From Candidatus Electrothrix sp. GW3-4 (lineage in GTDB: Bacteria; Desulfobacterota; Desulfobulbia; Desulfobulbales; Desulfobulbaceae), in assembly GCF_037902255.1 (NCBI RefSeq), contig NZ_CP147990.1, positions 4,290,001 to 4,322,000 of the forward strand: a DNA stretch of 32,000 nucleotides, given 5' to 3'. Under the pieces are notes generated by a model. The model saw only the letters and a list, made by a program, of their open reading frames with translations, did no database searches and was not told the DNA's origin. This document shows, in pieces, positions 16,579 through 24,574 of the stretch (positions are counted from its first letter, which is position 1; every line of letters starts with the position of its first letter). The position numbers and the translations under genes are program-made.

Positions 16579-18075
16579 ATGCTCTCCAAGAAGAAGATCC
16601 TTATCATCGGCTCCGGTATCGGCGGCCTGAGTACGGCAATTATTCTGACAAAACTCGGTTTCGAGGCCACGGTCCTGGAAAAGAATCGCCAGACGGGCGG
16701 CCTGATGCGCAGCTACCCCCGCGACGGCATCGAGTGTGAGGTCGGAGTACATTATCTGGGTTCTCTGGATAAAGGGGAGATCCTGCGCAAATTCTTTGAT
16801 TATCTCGGCGTCACCGAAAGCATCCCGGTCACCAGGATGGGGCAGGGTGGTGTCATTGACCGTTATCTCTTTGCTGCTTCCGGTAAGGGCAGGCAACTTG
16901 AAGAGCCCGCAGTCTTTGATGTTCCCGAGGGCCTGGATGCCTTTGCCGAGAATCTCCAGCAGGCTTTTCCTGAGGAGCGAGAGGCCATCGCCGAGATTCT
17001 TGCCCGTCTGCACAAGGCCAGCGAGCAATTGCACGGCCTTGATTTTCTCTATGGGATGGAAAGCAATTTTACCCTCCTGGATCAGGCAGACTCCTTGGGT
17101 GAGATCCTGAACGAACTGCACTGTTCTCCCCGGCTACGGAGTATCCTGGCCGTGCCCTCCTGCTGGATCGGCGTTCCCTTGCAGGACTGTCCTGCCTTTT
17201 ATCATAATATGGCCCTGGCCTCCTACCTCTCCTCCTCATGGCGCTTGGATTGCAGTGGGTCGGATATGGCGGATGTCTTTGCTCAGCGCCTGCTGGAATT
17301 AGGTGGGAAGATTATCACCCGAGCTGAGGTCAGCAGGTTGGAGATTGCAGACCGGGTTGTCAAAGGGGTGCGTTTGCAATCCGGGGAATATCTGCCAGCG
17401 GAAACAGTGATTGGGGCCGTGCATCCCAAGGTGGTCTTACAGATGCTGCCTGAGGGAGCGGTGAAGCCGTCCTATCGGCAACGGATCAGCAGGCTCCGGG
17501 ATACCCATGGGATTTTTTCCGTGCATGTCCGGGTTGATGCCGAGAGCCATCCTGAGATTCCGTATAATATTTTTAAGATTGATACGGATGAAGAGGGGAA
17601 TGTCCCGGATATGAAGTATTATCAAATCCGCACAACAGACAGGAAGGAGACCAACCTTCTTTCCATCCTCACCTCGGGGAAGGATGAATTATGGGCGCCT
17701 TGGCTGGAGACGAGTACCGGGCGGCGCGGGAAGGAGTATGGTGCCGTGAAAGCGCAACATGCCGAGGACCTACTGAAGGAGGCCGAGGGCTTATTCGGTG
17801 CCTTCAAAGGCGCCAAGATCCTTGATGCCTACACGCCCTTGACTATGCGGGATTGGGTGAACAGTCCGGGGGGAAGTGCTTACGGGGTCCAGCGTTCTTC
17901 CAGTCAGATGCTGGCTGCGGCCCTGTTGAATCGCACGGCTGTTAAGGGCCTGTATCTTGCCGGGCAGAATGTGTTGGCTCCCGGCGTCATTGGTACGCTT
18001 ATGGGCTCCTTCAGTACAGTGAAGTTGCTTGTTGGGGCAGAGGCCTTCAAAGAAGGATGTTGTCTTAATGCATAA
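16579..18075 (+). CDS. NAD(P)/FAD-dependent oxidoreductase, phytoene desaturase (CrtI-like) family
   Basis: The N-terminal dinucleotide fold is KKILIIGSGIGGLSTAIILTKLGFEATVLEKNRQTGG. It is ~500 aa, with the C-terminal motif LYLAGQNVLAPG typical of the CrtI/amine-oxidase superfamily. Confidence 0.85.
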   Translation: MLSKKKILIIGSGIGGLSTAIILTKLGFEATVLEKNRQTGGLMRSYPRDGIECEVGVHYLGSLDKGEILRKFFDYLGVTESIPVTRMGQGGVIDRYLFAASGKGRQLEEPAVFDVPEGLDAFAENLQQAFPEEREAIAEILARLHKASEQLHGLDFLYGMESNFTLLDQADSLGEILNELHCSPRLRSILAVPSCWIGVPLQDCPAFYHNMALASYLSSSWRLDCSGSDMADVFAQRLLELGGKIITRAEVSRLEIADRVVKGVRLQSGEYLPAETVIGAVHPKVVLQMLPEGAVKPSYRQRISRLRDTHGIFSVHVRVDAESHPEIPYNIFKIDTDEEGNVPDMKYYQIRTTDRKETNLLSILTSGKDELWAPWLETSTGRRGKEYGAVKAQHAEDLLKEAEGLFGAFKGAKILDAYTPLTMRDWVNSPGGSAYGVQRSSSQMLAAALLNRTAVKGLYLAGQNVLAPGVIGTLMGSFSTVKLLVGAEAFKEGCCLNA

Positions 18076-19996
18076 GCAGCTGCAACAGGCCTGTGACCAG
18101 GGCGAAATACGACTCCTGGACCTCCACCTTGGGCTTTTCCTGGAAAAGCAGGCCCTCGACAAGGCTGATCGGCCAGCGCCTCCCTCCCTCCTCCTTGCCG
18201 CAACCCTGGCAAGTGCCGCTGTGGGGAATGGGCATGTCTGCTATCCCTTAGAAGAAACACCAGAACAGGCAACCTTGGCAGAGCTTGTGCAGGAACGCTG
18301 CCCTGACCTGGAACAATGGCGCAAGGACTTGCTTGCCACCACGGTTGTTGGCCTTCCCGGCGAGACCTCCCCCCTGATCCTTGACGAGAAGAACCGGCTC
18401 TACCTCTATCGTTTCTCCTGCTACGAGGCATTTATTGCCGCAGCCCTGCGACGTCGGGCAGCAGCCCAGCTTGATCTTGATCCGCAGCGTGCCGCCCAGG
18501 TGCTGCGCCGACTTTTTCCCCGGAACGAAGAAAGCAACAGCACTGATTTTCAGCAGATGGCCGCAGCCCTGGCCCTGCTGAAACCCTTGGTGATTATCTC
18601 TGGCGGACCCGGAACCGGCAAGACTCACACCGTGGCTCGCATCCTGGCTGCGATCCAGGCCCTGCATGCCAAACAGCAGGAAGAGCAGAAGGGGCAGAGG
18701 AAAAAGCTCCTCAGGATTGCCCTGGCTGCCCCGACAGGGAAGGCAGCTGCCCGCCTGGAGGAATCCATCCGTAAGGCCAAGCTCTCCTTGCCCGAGGAGC
18801 TTCGGCAGGATATCCCGGAACAGGCCCTGACCCTGCACCGCCTGCTTGGGTCCCGGCCCGGAGCAACTGCGTTTCGTTTTAATCGGGAGAACCCGCTCTA
18901 TCTGGACCTGCTGATCCTGGATGAGGCCTCGATGATTGATGTGGAGATGATGGTCGCCATCCTGGAGGCCCTGCCGGAAAAGACCCGCATTATCCTGCTC
19001 GGGGATCGCCATCAGCTGGCCTCAGTGGAGGCGGGCAGCCTGTTTGCCGACCTCTGCGGTGAGGGGAAGCCCCATTGGTCTTCCCAACTTTGTACTGCCT
19101 TGGAGCAGCTGACCGGGAGCGCCATGCCCTCTTCCCTCTCCTCCCCAATCTCTGCGCAGGGAGCAGAGGAGGGATCCGCTCAAGCAGCCGATAATCCCCT
19201 GGCCGATTCGCTGGTCTTGCTGCATACCAGTTATCGTTTTCAGGATGAGAGTGGGATCGGTGCCCTTGCTGCCGCCGTGAAGAGTGGTTCTGTGGAGCAG
19301 GTGAGCCAGGTGATAGCAGAAGATTTTGTTGATGTGGAGGTGGTGCAGCATAGCGGGGCCAAGCGGGTGCAATGGCTGGCAGAGCAGATACGAAAGGGCT
19401 TTCAGCCCATGCTGAAGGCCTCTTCCCCAGAACAGGCCTTTGCCGCCATGGAAGAGTTTCGTTTTCTCTGTGCCCTGCGCAAAGGACCAGACGGGGTGGA
19501 AGGGATCAATACCCTGGTGACCCAGGTCCTGCGGCGAGCTGGTTTGATTGCTCCCCACAAGACGGACTGGTACCAAGGACGACCGATCATGATTCTCCGC
19601 AATCACTATGAGATGCAGCTCTTTAACGGGGATACCGGCATCCTCTGGCGGGACGGGAAGGGGAGCCTACGAGCCTGGTTCCGCCGAGCGGATAACAGCC
19701 TGACTTCAATCTCTCCAGCCCGCTTACCTGAACATGAGACGGCCTATGCTCTTACGATCCATAAGGCCCAGGGCTCGGAGTTTGAGCAGGTCCTGCTGCT
19801 CTTGCCGGAAGAAGACAGCCGGGTGCTCAGTCAGGAACTTTTCTACACCGGTATTACCCGGGCCCGCAGCAGCCTTTCCCTCTGTGCATCTTCAGAAAGG
19901 ATAGCAGCAACGGTCTGCCGCAAGACGCAGCGTTTTTCTGGTTTGGCGGAAAAATTCTGTGGCTTGAAAAAAATGCAGCGTGGTTCAATTATTTGA
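18068..19996 (+). CDS. recD: exodeoxyribonuclease V alpha subunit (RecD, SF1 helicase)
   Basis: Walker A ISGGPGTGKTHTV, LILDEASMID, LLGDRHQLASVEAGSLF, YALTIHKAQGSEF and LFYTGITRAR. The N-terminus resembles RecD (GNGHVCYPL). I prefer the ATG at 18068, which overlaps the upstream stop at 18073-18075. Confidence 0.88.
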   Translation: MHKQLQQACDQGEIRLLDLHLGLFLEKQALDKADRPAPPSLLLAATLASAAVGNGHVCYPLEETPEQATLAELVQERCPDLEQWRKDLLATTVVGLPGETSPLILDEKNRLYLYRFSCYEAFIAAALRRRAAAQLDLDPQRAAQVLRRLFPRNEESNSTDFQQMAAALALLKPLVIISGGPGTGKTHTVARILAAIQALHAKQQEEQKGQRKKLLRIALAAPTGKAAARLEESIRKAKLSLPEELRQDIPEQALTLHRLLGSRPGATAFRFNRENPLYLDLLILDEASMIDVEMMVAILEALPEKTRIILLGDRHQLASVEAGSLFADLCGEGKPHWSSQLCTALEQLTGSAMPSSLSSPISAQGAEEGSAQAADNPLADSLVLLHTSYRFQDESGIGALAAAVKSGSVEQVSQVIAEDFVDVEVVQHSGAKRVQWLAEQIRKGFQPMLKASSPEQAFAAMEEFRFLCALRKGPDGVEGINTLVTQVLRRAGLIAPHKTDWYQGRPIMILRNHYEMQLFNGDTGILWRDGKGSLRAWFRRADNSLTSISPARLPEHETAYALTIHKAQGSEFEQVLLLLPEEDSRVLSQELFYTGITRARSSLSLCASSERIAATVCRKTQRFSGLAEKFCGLKKMQRGSII

Positions 19997-20005
19997 GTCA
20001 AAGGT

Positions 20006-20035
20006 TTGACAGATAAAACGTCCGGCCTATACAAT
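20006..20035 (+). promoter_or_regulatory. candidate sigma70-type promoter
   Basis: TTGACA at 20006-20011, then TACAAT at 20030-20035 (18-nt spacer) or TATACA at 20028-20033 (16-nt spacer). This lies ~55 nt upstream of the lipoprotein ATG. Confidence 0.4.
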
Positions 20036-20090
20036 GTATCTATTCAAGAGGAGGATAAGGTGTTTACTATAACCAGAGAGGAAGAGCCCG

Positions 20091-20900
20091 ATGCATAGTA
20101 TAAGAAAAGTTGTTTTGCTCACTAGTCTATCATTATTTTTATCGTTATCCGCATGTAAGGGACCGGGGGACGAACAGCTTGAGGCCGAGGAACCGGTGGT
20201 CTCCGTACCCGCGCCTGAGATCAAAGAGGCTGCTCCCCCAGAGAGTGAGGCAGGAGCACCTGCGGAAGAGGTGTTGGTTGATGATTCCGATATTGGGGAA
20301 AAAGCAGTCGAGGTAACAGACAAGGATTTCAGCTGTATTCGTGATATGGAACAAGTACGCGGAATGTACCTCGGCAATCTGCTGGGCAATATCGATGCAA
20401 CCCTTGCTGTGGCCAATTCAAAGGAAGGTGGCGTCTATCCTCCGGGAACCGTTGTTCAGATCGTTCCCACCGAGGCCATGGTTAAGCGGGAGGCAGGCTT
20501 TAACGCGGCAACCAATGATTGGGAGTTTTTTGTTCTTGATGTCGCTGCGGAGGGCACCAAGGTCGTGACTCGGGGTGGAGAAGAGGTGAAGAATGGTTTT
20601 GGTCAGGATTGTCTGTCCTGTCATGCCGAGGCAGATCCCAAATGGGATATGATCTGTGAATCCGATCACGGTTGCCAACCGATTCCCATTACTCGGGATA
20701 TGATCGTCGGTCTGCAAAAGACCGATAAGCGTTGTCCCCCGATGGAGCTTACAGATGCGGATAAGAAGGCACTTGGAGATCTTCAGGTGTTGATTGAGAC
20801 TGTCAAGGCAAAGGCTGCCGCTGAAGCCGCACCTGAGGATGCAGAGGAAAATACAGAGGTTGCACCACCTGCTCCTGAAGAGGGAGACGGTAAGCAGTAA
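20091..20900 (+). CDS. lipoprotein with a single CXXCH heme-binding motif (putative monoheme c-type cytochrome)
   Basis: Lipobox LSLSAC (Cys22). CLSCH at 20610-20624. Both termini are acidic Glu/Ala/Pro-rich low-complexity sequence. The WEFFVLDV...CLSCH arrangement is reminiscent of cytochrome P460-like proteins; this is from memory and low confidence. Confidence 0.7.
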   Translation: MHSIRKVVLLTSLSLFLSLSACKGPGDEQLEAEEPVVSVPAPEIKEAAPPESEAGAPAEEVLVDDSDIGEKAVEVTDKDFSCIRDMEQVRGMYLGNLLGNIDATLAVANSKEGGVYPPGTVVQIVPTEAMVKREAGFNAATNDWEFFVLDVAAEGTKVVTRGGEEVKNGFGQDCLSCHAEADPKWDMICESDHGCQPIPITRDMIVGLQKTDKRCPPMELTDADKKALGDLQVLIETVKAKAAAEAAPEDAEENTEVAPPAPEEGDGKQ

Positions 20901-20927
20901 GCAACGAAAAAGTAAGACTCCTTACAG

Positions 20928-20966
20928 GCCCGGCACGTATCATTTAATACGTGCCGGGCTTTTTTT
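20928..20966 (+). terminator. rho-independent terminator
   Basis: Perfect 13-bp stem GCCCGGCACGTAT / ATACGTGCCGGGC with a 6-nt loop, followed by T7 (20960-20966). It sits 28 nt after the stop codon. Confidence 0.8.
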
Positions 20967-21181
20967 CTGCCGTTTCGAGCAGCTTCCAGAGGAATGGAGG
21001 TTCAGGAAAGGGGGGAGAGGGATGCGGAATATGGGAAGTGATATCCCCGAGAAAGAGTAACCATCCCTGTCACAACATTCAATACTCCCTAAGCTGCTCA
21101 TTGAGCAGCAGGGTTCATCTTGTGGCCGTTCCTTTTTCCCCGAAAGCAAGCAAGCTTGTTGTTCCTCGCATTGCCAGCGAA

Positions 21182-21838
21182 CTACTTGAGCGAGAGTTGC
21201 AGAGCTATCTTGTGCAAGGCCTGTGCAATCTTTCCGGGCAAGTCGGCTCTGCGAAAGAGATATTCGGCATGACCGAGATGGAGCCCAAGTATTTCAGCGT
21301 TGGCAGTGTTCGTTCGTATTTGCCAGGTACGCTGAGGAAATTCAGGGCTCGCTAGGGAGTTTTTCCTGAGCGCATAAAAGATAACCCTTGGGTTTTCTCT
21401 TATCTTTTCTTTCTCCCAAAGGCCGTCGTTTCCATCACGGATAAATTTCTCGAGAAGCTGTTGCGAATCCTCGGCTGCAGAGTATTTCTCCTTGATTTCA
21501 TCCCAAAAGGTGTTCAGTAATGTCGTCCCTAACCCTTCTCGAAAGGTACGATTCTCCTCGCTCTTCGTATTCAGTTCCTCTATGCTCGTGCCATTATCAC
21601 ATACTGCCCAGCCACCGCCGAGGCTGGCAGGTGCAGTATCATTCTCCATCTCATGCACCGTGCAATAAAAGGTAAAGTCAAAGTATAATATGTTCTTGTA
21701 TCGCAAACTGAGTGATAAATCACTGTTTCCGTAGTGACCAGAGGGGTAGATATTTTTCAAGGCATAGGCATGCCCTTGTCCTTTGAGTCGTTCACCTATT
21801 CCATCGAGTACATTTCTTTGCAATTCACTCAGGGACAC
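21182..21838 (-). CDS. hypothetical protein
   Basis: Long ORF. The likely start is the GTG at 21838, preceded by AAGGAGA with a 6-nt spacer; the track start at 21856 is a TTG. No family recognised. Confidence 0.5.
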   Translation of the reverse strand: MSLSELQRNVLDGIGERLKGQGHAYALKNIYPSGHYGNSDLSLSLRYKNILYFDFTFYCTVHEMENDTAPASLGGGWAVCDNGTSIEELNTKSEENRTFREGLGTTLLNTFWDEIKEKYSAAEDSQQLLEKFIRDGNDGLWEKEKIRENPRVIFYALRKNSLASPEFPQRTWQIRTNTANAEILGLHLGHAEYLFRRADLPGKIAQALHKIALQLSLK

Positions 21839-22273
21839 TGCACATCTCCTTACCAAGGGGGCTCAAAGCACCCGGTTTGCGTTTTATCGATCCTGCACGG
21901 AAGCGGTTGGACCAGATGGTTATATATGGGGGCAGACGACGGCTGAACCTCCTCCCTTCAGTCGTATTATTACCATAGTAAGCAGTGATCAGGAAGCCCC
22001 TAACAGGGGATTTGCCTGAATTGGAGCAAAAGGGCCAGGAATATTCTGGATGAACGCTGTACCATATCAGCTCATTACTTAGCTGAGTTGAGCTAAGCTG
22101 AGCAAGACAATAACCGTTTTATCTGGAAGTAAGGAAGATGGCAAGGAGGTGGGAGTCGGGGGAGAGAGAGGGTATGCTGCTGATAAAAATACTGCTTATA
22201 ATTTCGGGAAGATGGGGCAAAATCTTGGGCAAGAGAGCGCTTTCGTGTCGATATACGCTGCATATGAACGTGG

Positions 22274-22648
22274 CTATGGGATTTTAGCGCAGAAGCAGGC
22301 AAAGGGGATGGCCGTTGCCGCAAAGAGGACGGTGGTGAGCAGCAAAAAGGCGGCAAGGAGATAGACCTGGAGCGTGAGTTGTTTTGATTTGTCCTGCACT
22401 CTCCACTCGGTCCAGCCGATGAAGGAGAGGATGAGAAACGCTATGGCGGGGAGCAGATAATATTCAAAGCAGGTAAGGGCCAGAGTGGTCGGGATGGGGA
22501 GGGCACTCCCGCTCATCTCCTGGATGGAGTCGTTGAGCATTTTGGTGGCGCTGTGGCTGAAAAAGGTCGCGCAGAGGATGGCGCTGCTGCTTACGAGGGC
22601 AGGGAGGCGTGGGAAGATTTTTTGCAACAGATTGATTCGACCGCTCAA
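22274..22648 (-). CDS. hypothetical small membrane protein (3-4 predicted TM helices)
   Basis: 124 aa with several hydrophobic stretches. Its ATG overlaps the stop of the upstream gene (ATGA at 22645-22648), implying translational coupling. Confidence 0.55.
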   Translation of the reverse strand: MSGRINLLQKIFPRLPALVSSSAILCATFFSHSATKMLNDSIQEMSGSALPIPTTLALTCFEYYLLPAIAFLILSFIGWTEWRVQDKSKQLTLQVYLLAAFLLLTTVLFAATAIPFACFCAKIP

Positions 22649-23307
22649 TCGCCCTTGACCGTAATCCCGAGCATTTCCAGGAGCTGGGGTGCATCCTCGC
22701 AGGCCAGGCGGGCAAGGGCATAGAATTCCGCCATGCTGCTGTCCAGCACATCAAGGCGGGCATCACGTTCCTTGGTAGCCTGCTGGGCCTCGCCGGTCTC
22801 CTTCATCTTGGCAGTATGGGCCTGTTCTGCTGTCTCGACCAGGGCAAAGGCAGCCTGTATCGCGTCCTGATCCATGCCGTATTGGCCGTACCGGGTCAGA
22901 AGCGTGGAATCCGCCAGCAGGGCATTGAAAAAGGTCCGGGCCTGGGCCAACCAGCCGGAAAAGGACTTCTTGCGCTCTTCGTTGAGAGTGAGTTTGACAA
23001 AGGCACCATAATCACCCTTCAGGATGATTCTCCCCAACTTGACTAAGCGGATATATGCGGTATGGGCGTCCTTCCAGGCCTCTTTAAAGGTATGCGTGGC
23101 CGCGAGTTGCTCACTGTATTCTGTTTTTTGGGCCATATAGAGGTCAAAGACCTCCTGATACAGAGCAAGGAGTTCATTCAATTTATCCGGAGTATAGCCG
23201 AACACGGCCAAGCGGCTCTGCAATTCGGCAACATCACGGGTATTGATCAGGCCGGTATGGTAGGTGTCGAGGCGGCGGTCGATGGATTGGTGGGAGATGC
23301 TGGACAT
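22645..23307 (-). CDS. hypothetical all-alpha soluble protein
   Basis: 220-aa ORF with coding-like composition, coupled to the downstream membrane protein. No family recognised. Confidence 0.6.
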   Translation of the reverse strand: MSSISHQSIDRRLDTYHTGLINTRDVAELQSRLAVFGYTPDKLNELLALYQEVFDLYMAQKTEYSEQLAATHTFKEAWKDAHTAYIRLVKLGRIILKGDYGAFVKLTLNEERKKSFSGWLAQARTFFNALLADSTLLTRYGQYGMDQDAIQAAFALVETAEQAHTAKMKETGEAQQATKERDARLDVLDSSMAEFYALARLACEDAPQLLEMLGITVKGD

Positions 23308-23733
23308 GAGGGGCTCCTGGCTGGAGTTATGAAAGAGGATGCCGGAAAAGGGGCTGCGCAGGCTGGAAAAATGGCAGAGGAGGGCTTCTTGGTGGTTTTC
23401 CCTTACTCCTTGGTCATTTTGCCGCGCTTTGCGCTCATTTTTCTTTGCTCCTTGCTCGTTTTTCCCGCCTTCTGCATGGGATTGCTGCGCTGCTGCCTGT
23501 TTTTTCCTTGGGGCTGAACGAAATTTCCATGAAGACGTGACAGGAGAACAGGTTTTATTGCTTGATTTAACAAAAGAATAATGAGTTTTCTTCGGATTGT
23601 CCAGTATTTTTTTGCTGGTTTGAAGGGGAGGGAGGGCTTTTTGGGCTGTGGGATGGGGAGAGCGAGATATAATCTCTCCGCGTGAGATTGCGTACTGGCG
23701 TGTTTTCTCAGTTACAGGCTGTATTAGCCGTTT

Positions 23734-24375
23734 TCATGTATTATGATTAATAAGATACAGGCGATTTCCCAGGATATCTACGATAAACAGATCAATATTG
23801 CCGGGATATTCTTCGTGATCATAGACAAAAAAGGCGTAATAGGTCTGTTTTCGGGCAAGGGCCTTGCGAATTGCCCGGAAATAGATGGTAAGATCGGCCG
23901 CGCTTTCTGCATCGTACCTACTCAGGGCGAAATCGAGATATTTCGAAAAATTGGCGTCAGCAGGGGCCTCGTGCCAAGGATGGGTTGTCCAGTGTTTCCT
24001 GTAGTCCGGGCATTTGGGGAATTCGGCTAATAACCGTCTGTCTGCGGACAGGAACCGATTGCAGATGGCAGCAGGCAGGGGATAGACGACAAAGGAATAC
24101 CCGTCTCCGTTAAAGGATCGGGGCGATTCATAGGAGAACAGCGGCGTGCCAAGCTCGACCTTGGTGTCGTATATCCTGACCAGATATTCGGCATGGGCGC
24201 GGGTGTCAAAGAACAGGGTTGTCCGCCACAGAACCAGGCCTGCAATGATCGGAGCGGCAAGCAGGATGATGACCTTTCGCCACTTCTTTTTGAATGCAGA
24301 TCCAAGAATCCAGATTCCATAGGGCAGGCTGCTAAAAAAGACCACGATCACGCCGACCGCCCATATTGCCGTCAT
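23734..24375 (-). CDS. hypothetical membrane protein (two N-terminal TM helices plus a soluble domain)
   Basis: I prefer the start at MTAIWAVGVIVVFF (24375). The longer track ORF to 24531 would run through the hairpin-rich intergenic region. Confidence 0.5.
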   Translation of the reverse strand: MTAIWAVGVIVVFFSSLPYGIWILGSAFKKKWRKVIILLAAPIIAGLVLWRTTLFFDTRAHAEYLVRIYDTKVELGTPLFSYESPRSFNGDGYSFVVYPLPAAICNRFLSADRRLLAEFPKCPDYRKHWTTHPWHEAPADANFSKYLDFALSRYDAESAADLTIYFRAIRKALARKQTYYAFFVYDHEEYPGNIDLFIVDILGNRLYLINHNT

Positions 24376-24515
24376 CAGATCAGTTAATTGGGCAAAATTT
24401 ATGATGCTATCATGCTCTGTTTTTTTGAGGTTTTGTCGTTGTACTGGTGCCCAAGCTCTGCTTGGGCATCTTGCATACAGAAGCTCTGGCTTCGGGAAAT
24501 AAAGCAGAGCTTCAG

Positions 24516-24546
24516 AAAAAGCAGTTCCCAAGCCGGAGCTTGGGAA
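24516..24546 (-). terminator. candidate intrinsic terminator of the alpha-2-macroglobulin gene
   Basis: Perfect 9-bp stem TTCCCAAGC / GCTTGGGAA with a 4-nt loop (24525-24546). On the minus strand it is followed by CTGCTTTTT. It begins 29 nt after the stop codon. Confidence 0.5.
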
Positions 24547-24574
24547 TCAGACAAACCGACATCCTTGAGTAGGG

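Noticed and set aside
21093-21109. A perfect palindrome, GCTGCTCA-T-TGAGCAGC, downstream of the 21182 gene.
   Set aside because: It is a single short palindrome with no U-tract and no second copy in the window, which is insufficient for a regulatory or terminator call.
23390-23530. Lys/Arg-rich micro-ORFs on the minus strand in the 426-bp gap (for example MQKAGKTSKEQRKMSAKRGKMTKE).
   Set aside because: No Shine-Dalgarno sequence precedes either candidate ATG. The basic composition simply reflects the purine-rich strand.
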